26,727 nucleotides of DNA from a virus (taxonomy: Duplodnaviria > Caudoviricetes), in IMG/VR virus record IMGVR_UViG_3300032253_000241, positions 1 to 26,727 of that record; one strand, written 5' to 3'. The stretch's first letter is position 1. Every line of letters begins with the position of its first letter. Positions 25,903 to 26,727 of the stretch are shown here, piece after piece. The position numbers and the translations under genes are program-made. The notes beneath the pieces are model-generated. The model made no database searches. It had not been told where the DNA came from and was given only the letters and a program-made list of their open reading frames with translations.

Positions 25903-26089
25903 TTGGTAGCGTATATATCGTACAATAATGTGTGTGAATGGTGTTTCTAGGCATAAGAAGAAAATCGAAGAAACCCCTGCTTCGTTTCGCTTACCCCGGA
26001 TCGAGGTCAATTAGACATATTCAATATAGGTATGGTATTAGCCATAAGCGGAAGATCGAGGGGTGTTTTGCCAAGTTCAGCTTCCACCA

Positions 26090-26258
26090 CAGGTTGTGTG
26101 AAAACTCAAAATATTTTAAGTAAATGGGAGTTCATCCCTAAGTACGCATGCTCTTGTATCAAAATAGTTAAAACAAAACCATCTTTAAATAAGTTATTCG
26201 CCAATAACAATCTCCATTTACCACTTTCAAAAATGACCTTTAGTTATCACACAGCCTG
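26090..26258. mobile_element. MITE (169 bp), IS1182-like ends
   Basis: TIRs CAGGTTGTGTGAAAACT (26090-26106) and AGTTATCACACAGCCTG (26242-26258) match at 15/17; ACCA direct repeat on both sides (26086-26089, 26259-26262). Confidence 0.8.
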
Positions 26259-26376
26259 ACCACATAGGAGTCATTTGGGTATTAATTATATAGATAACAA
26301 AAAGACGAGTTTAGAGTATTATGTTGTCTACTTTTCGTGGGTAACATCATCAATCAAAATATACAAAGGAGAATAT

Positions 26377-26727
26377 ATGCCCATTGTAAACTTAGAAAGT
26401 TTGATTGCAGTGGTACCAGTGATGGACCAAGCCACAGCCGTCAATTGGTACAAGAAGTTGCTTGGTCGGGACGCCGATGTTGTTCCGATAGATGGTGTCG
26501 CTGAGTGGCAGCTCGCCGAGAAAGCATGGCTTCAGGTGACTGCTGACCCCGATAATGTGGGCAACACAACAGTCATTATCAACGTGAGCGATCTTGATGC
26601 ACAGCGTACTGCTTGTGCAGAAGCCGACGTGTCGCTTGGCGAAGTTGTCGAATATCCAGGCATCGTCAAGATGGTCGACGCGATTGACCCGGACGGGAAC
26701 AAAATTACTTTCGTTCAGGAGCTTTCC
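26377..26727 (+). CDS. VOC/glyoxalase-bleomycin resistance family protein (3' end beyond the window)
   Basis: Not in the ORF track. AAGGAG RBS; translates MPIVNLESLIAVVPVMDQATAVNWYKKLLG...VSDLD...IDPDGNKITFVQELS, with the typical WY..LLG and DPDGN motifs. Confidence 0.88.
   Translation, partial: MPIVNLESLIAVVPVMDQATAVNWYKKLLGRDADVVPIDGVAEWQLAEKAWLQVTADPDNVGNTTVIINVSDLDAQRTACAEADVSLGEVVEYPGIVKMVDAIDPDGNKITFVQELS

Noticed and set aside
26070-26089. tRNA or tmRNA 3'-end-like GTTCAGCTTCCACCA as an att site
   Set aside because: No T-arm stem or correct spacing and no cloverleaf. The ACCA is explained as the MITE target duplication.
25938-26259. ORFs 25938-26123 and 26032-26259 as remnants of protease or capsid genes
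   Set aside because: No S49, ClpP or capsid motifs, and both run into the MITE.

Overview
This is an accessory region, probably from a gammaproteobacterium (inferred from the phage gene families and a XerD-type arm). Left flank (1-6300): a three-ORF minus-strand operon led by a GNAT-like protein, a large PD-(D/E)XK-like nuclease gene followed directly by a dif-like XerCD site, several intergenic inverted repeats, and an ELWxxDGT-repeat lipoprotein. Centre (about 6424-25902): a lambdoid prophage-like element. It carries an integrase, a tandem-duplicated excisionase, a short repressor, an initiator-like HTH gene in the cro position, a replication initiator with internal iterons, DnaB, a Q-like antiterminator, a structured late leader with terminator, a lysozyme-like protein, three fibre/adaptor-like genes, AT-rich morons (Zn-finger protein, TumE-like fusion, pesticin-like muramidase plus lipoprotein), a cos-like region, a ParB-methyltransferase, TerS, TerL, gpW and portal. 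The element stops abruptly after the portal, with no protease, capsid, tail tube, tape measure or holin in the window, although the retained ORFs look intact. It is either a recently deleted prophage or a packaging-only satellite-like element. Right flank: a 169-bp MITE with a 4-bp target duplication and a VOC-family gene that runs off the window. All family calls are from motif recognition by eye; no searches were run.
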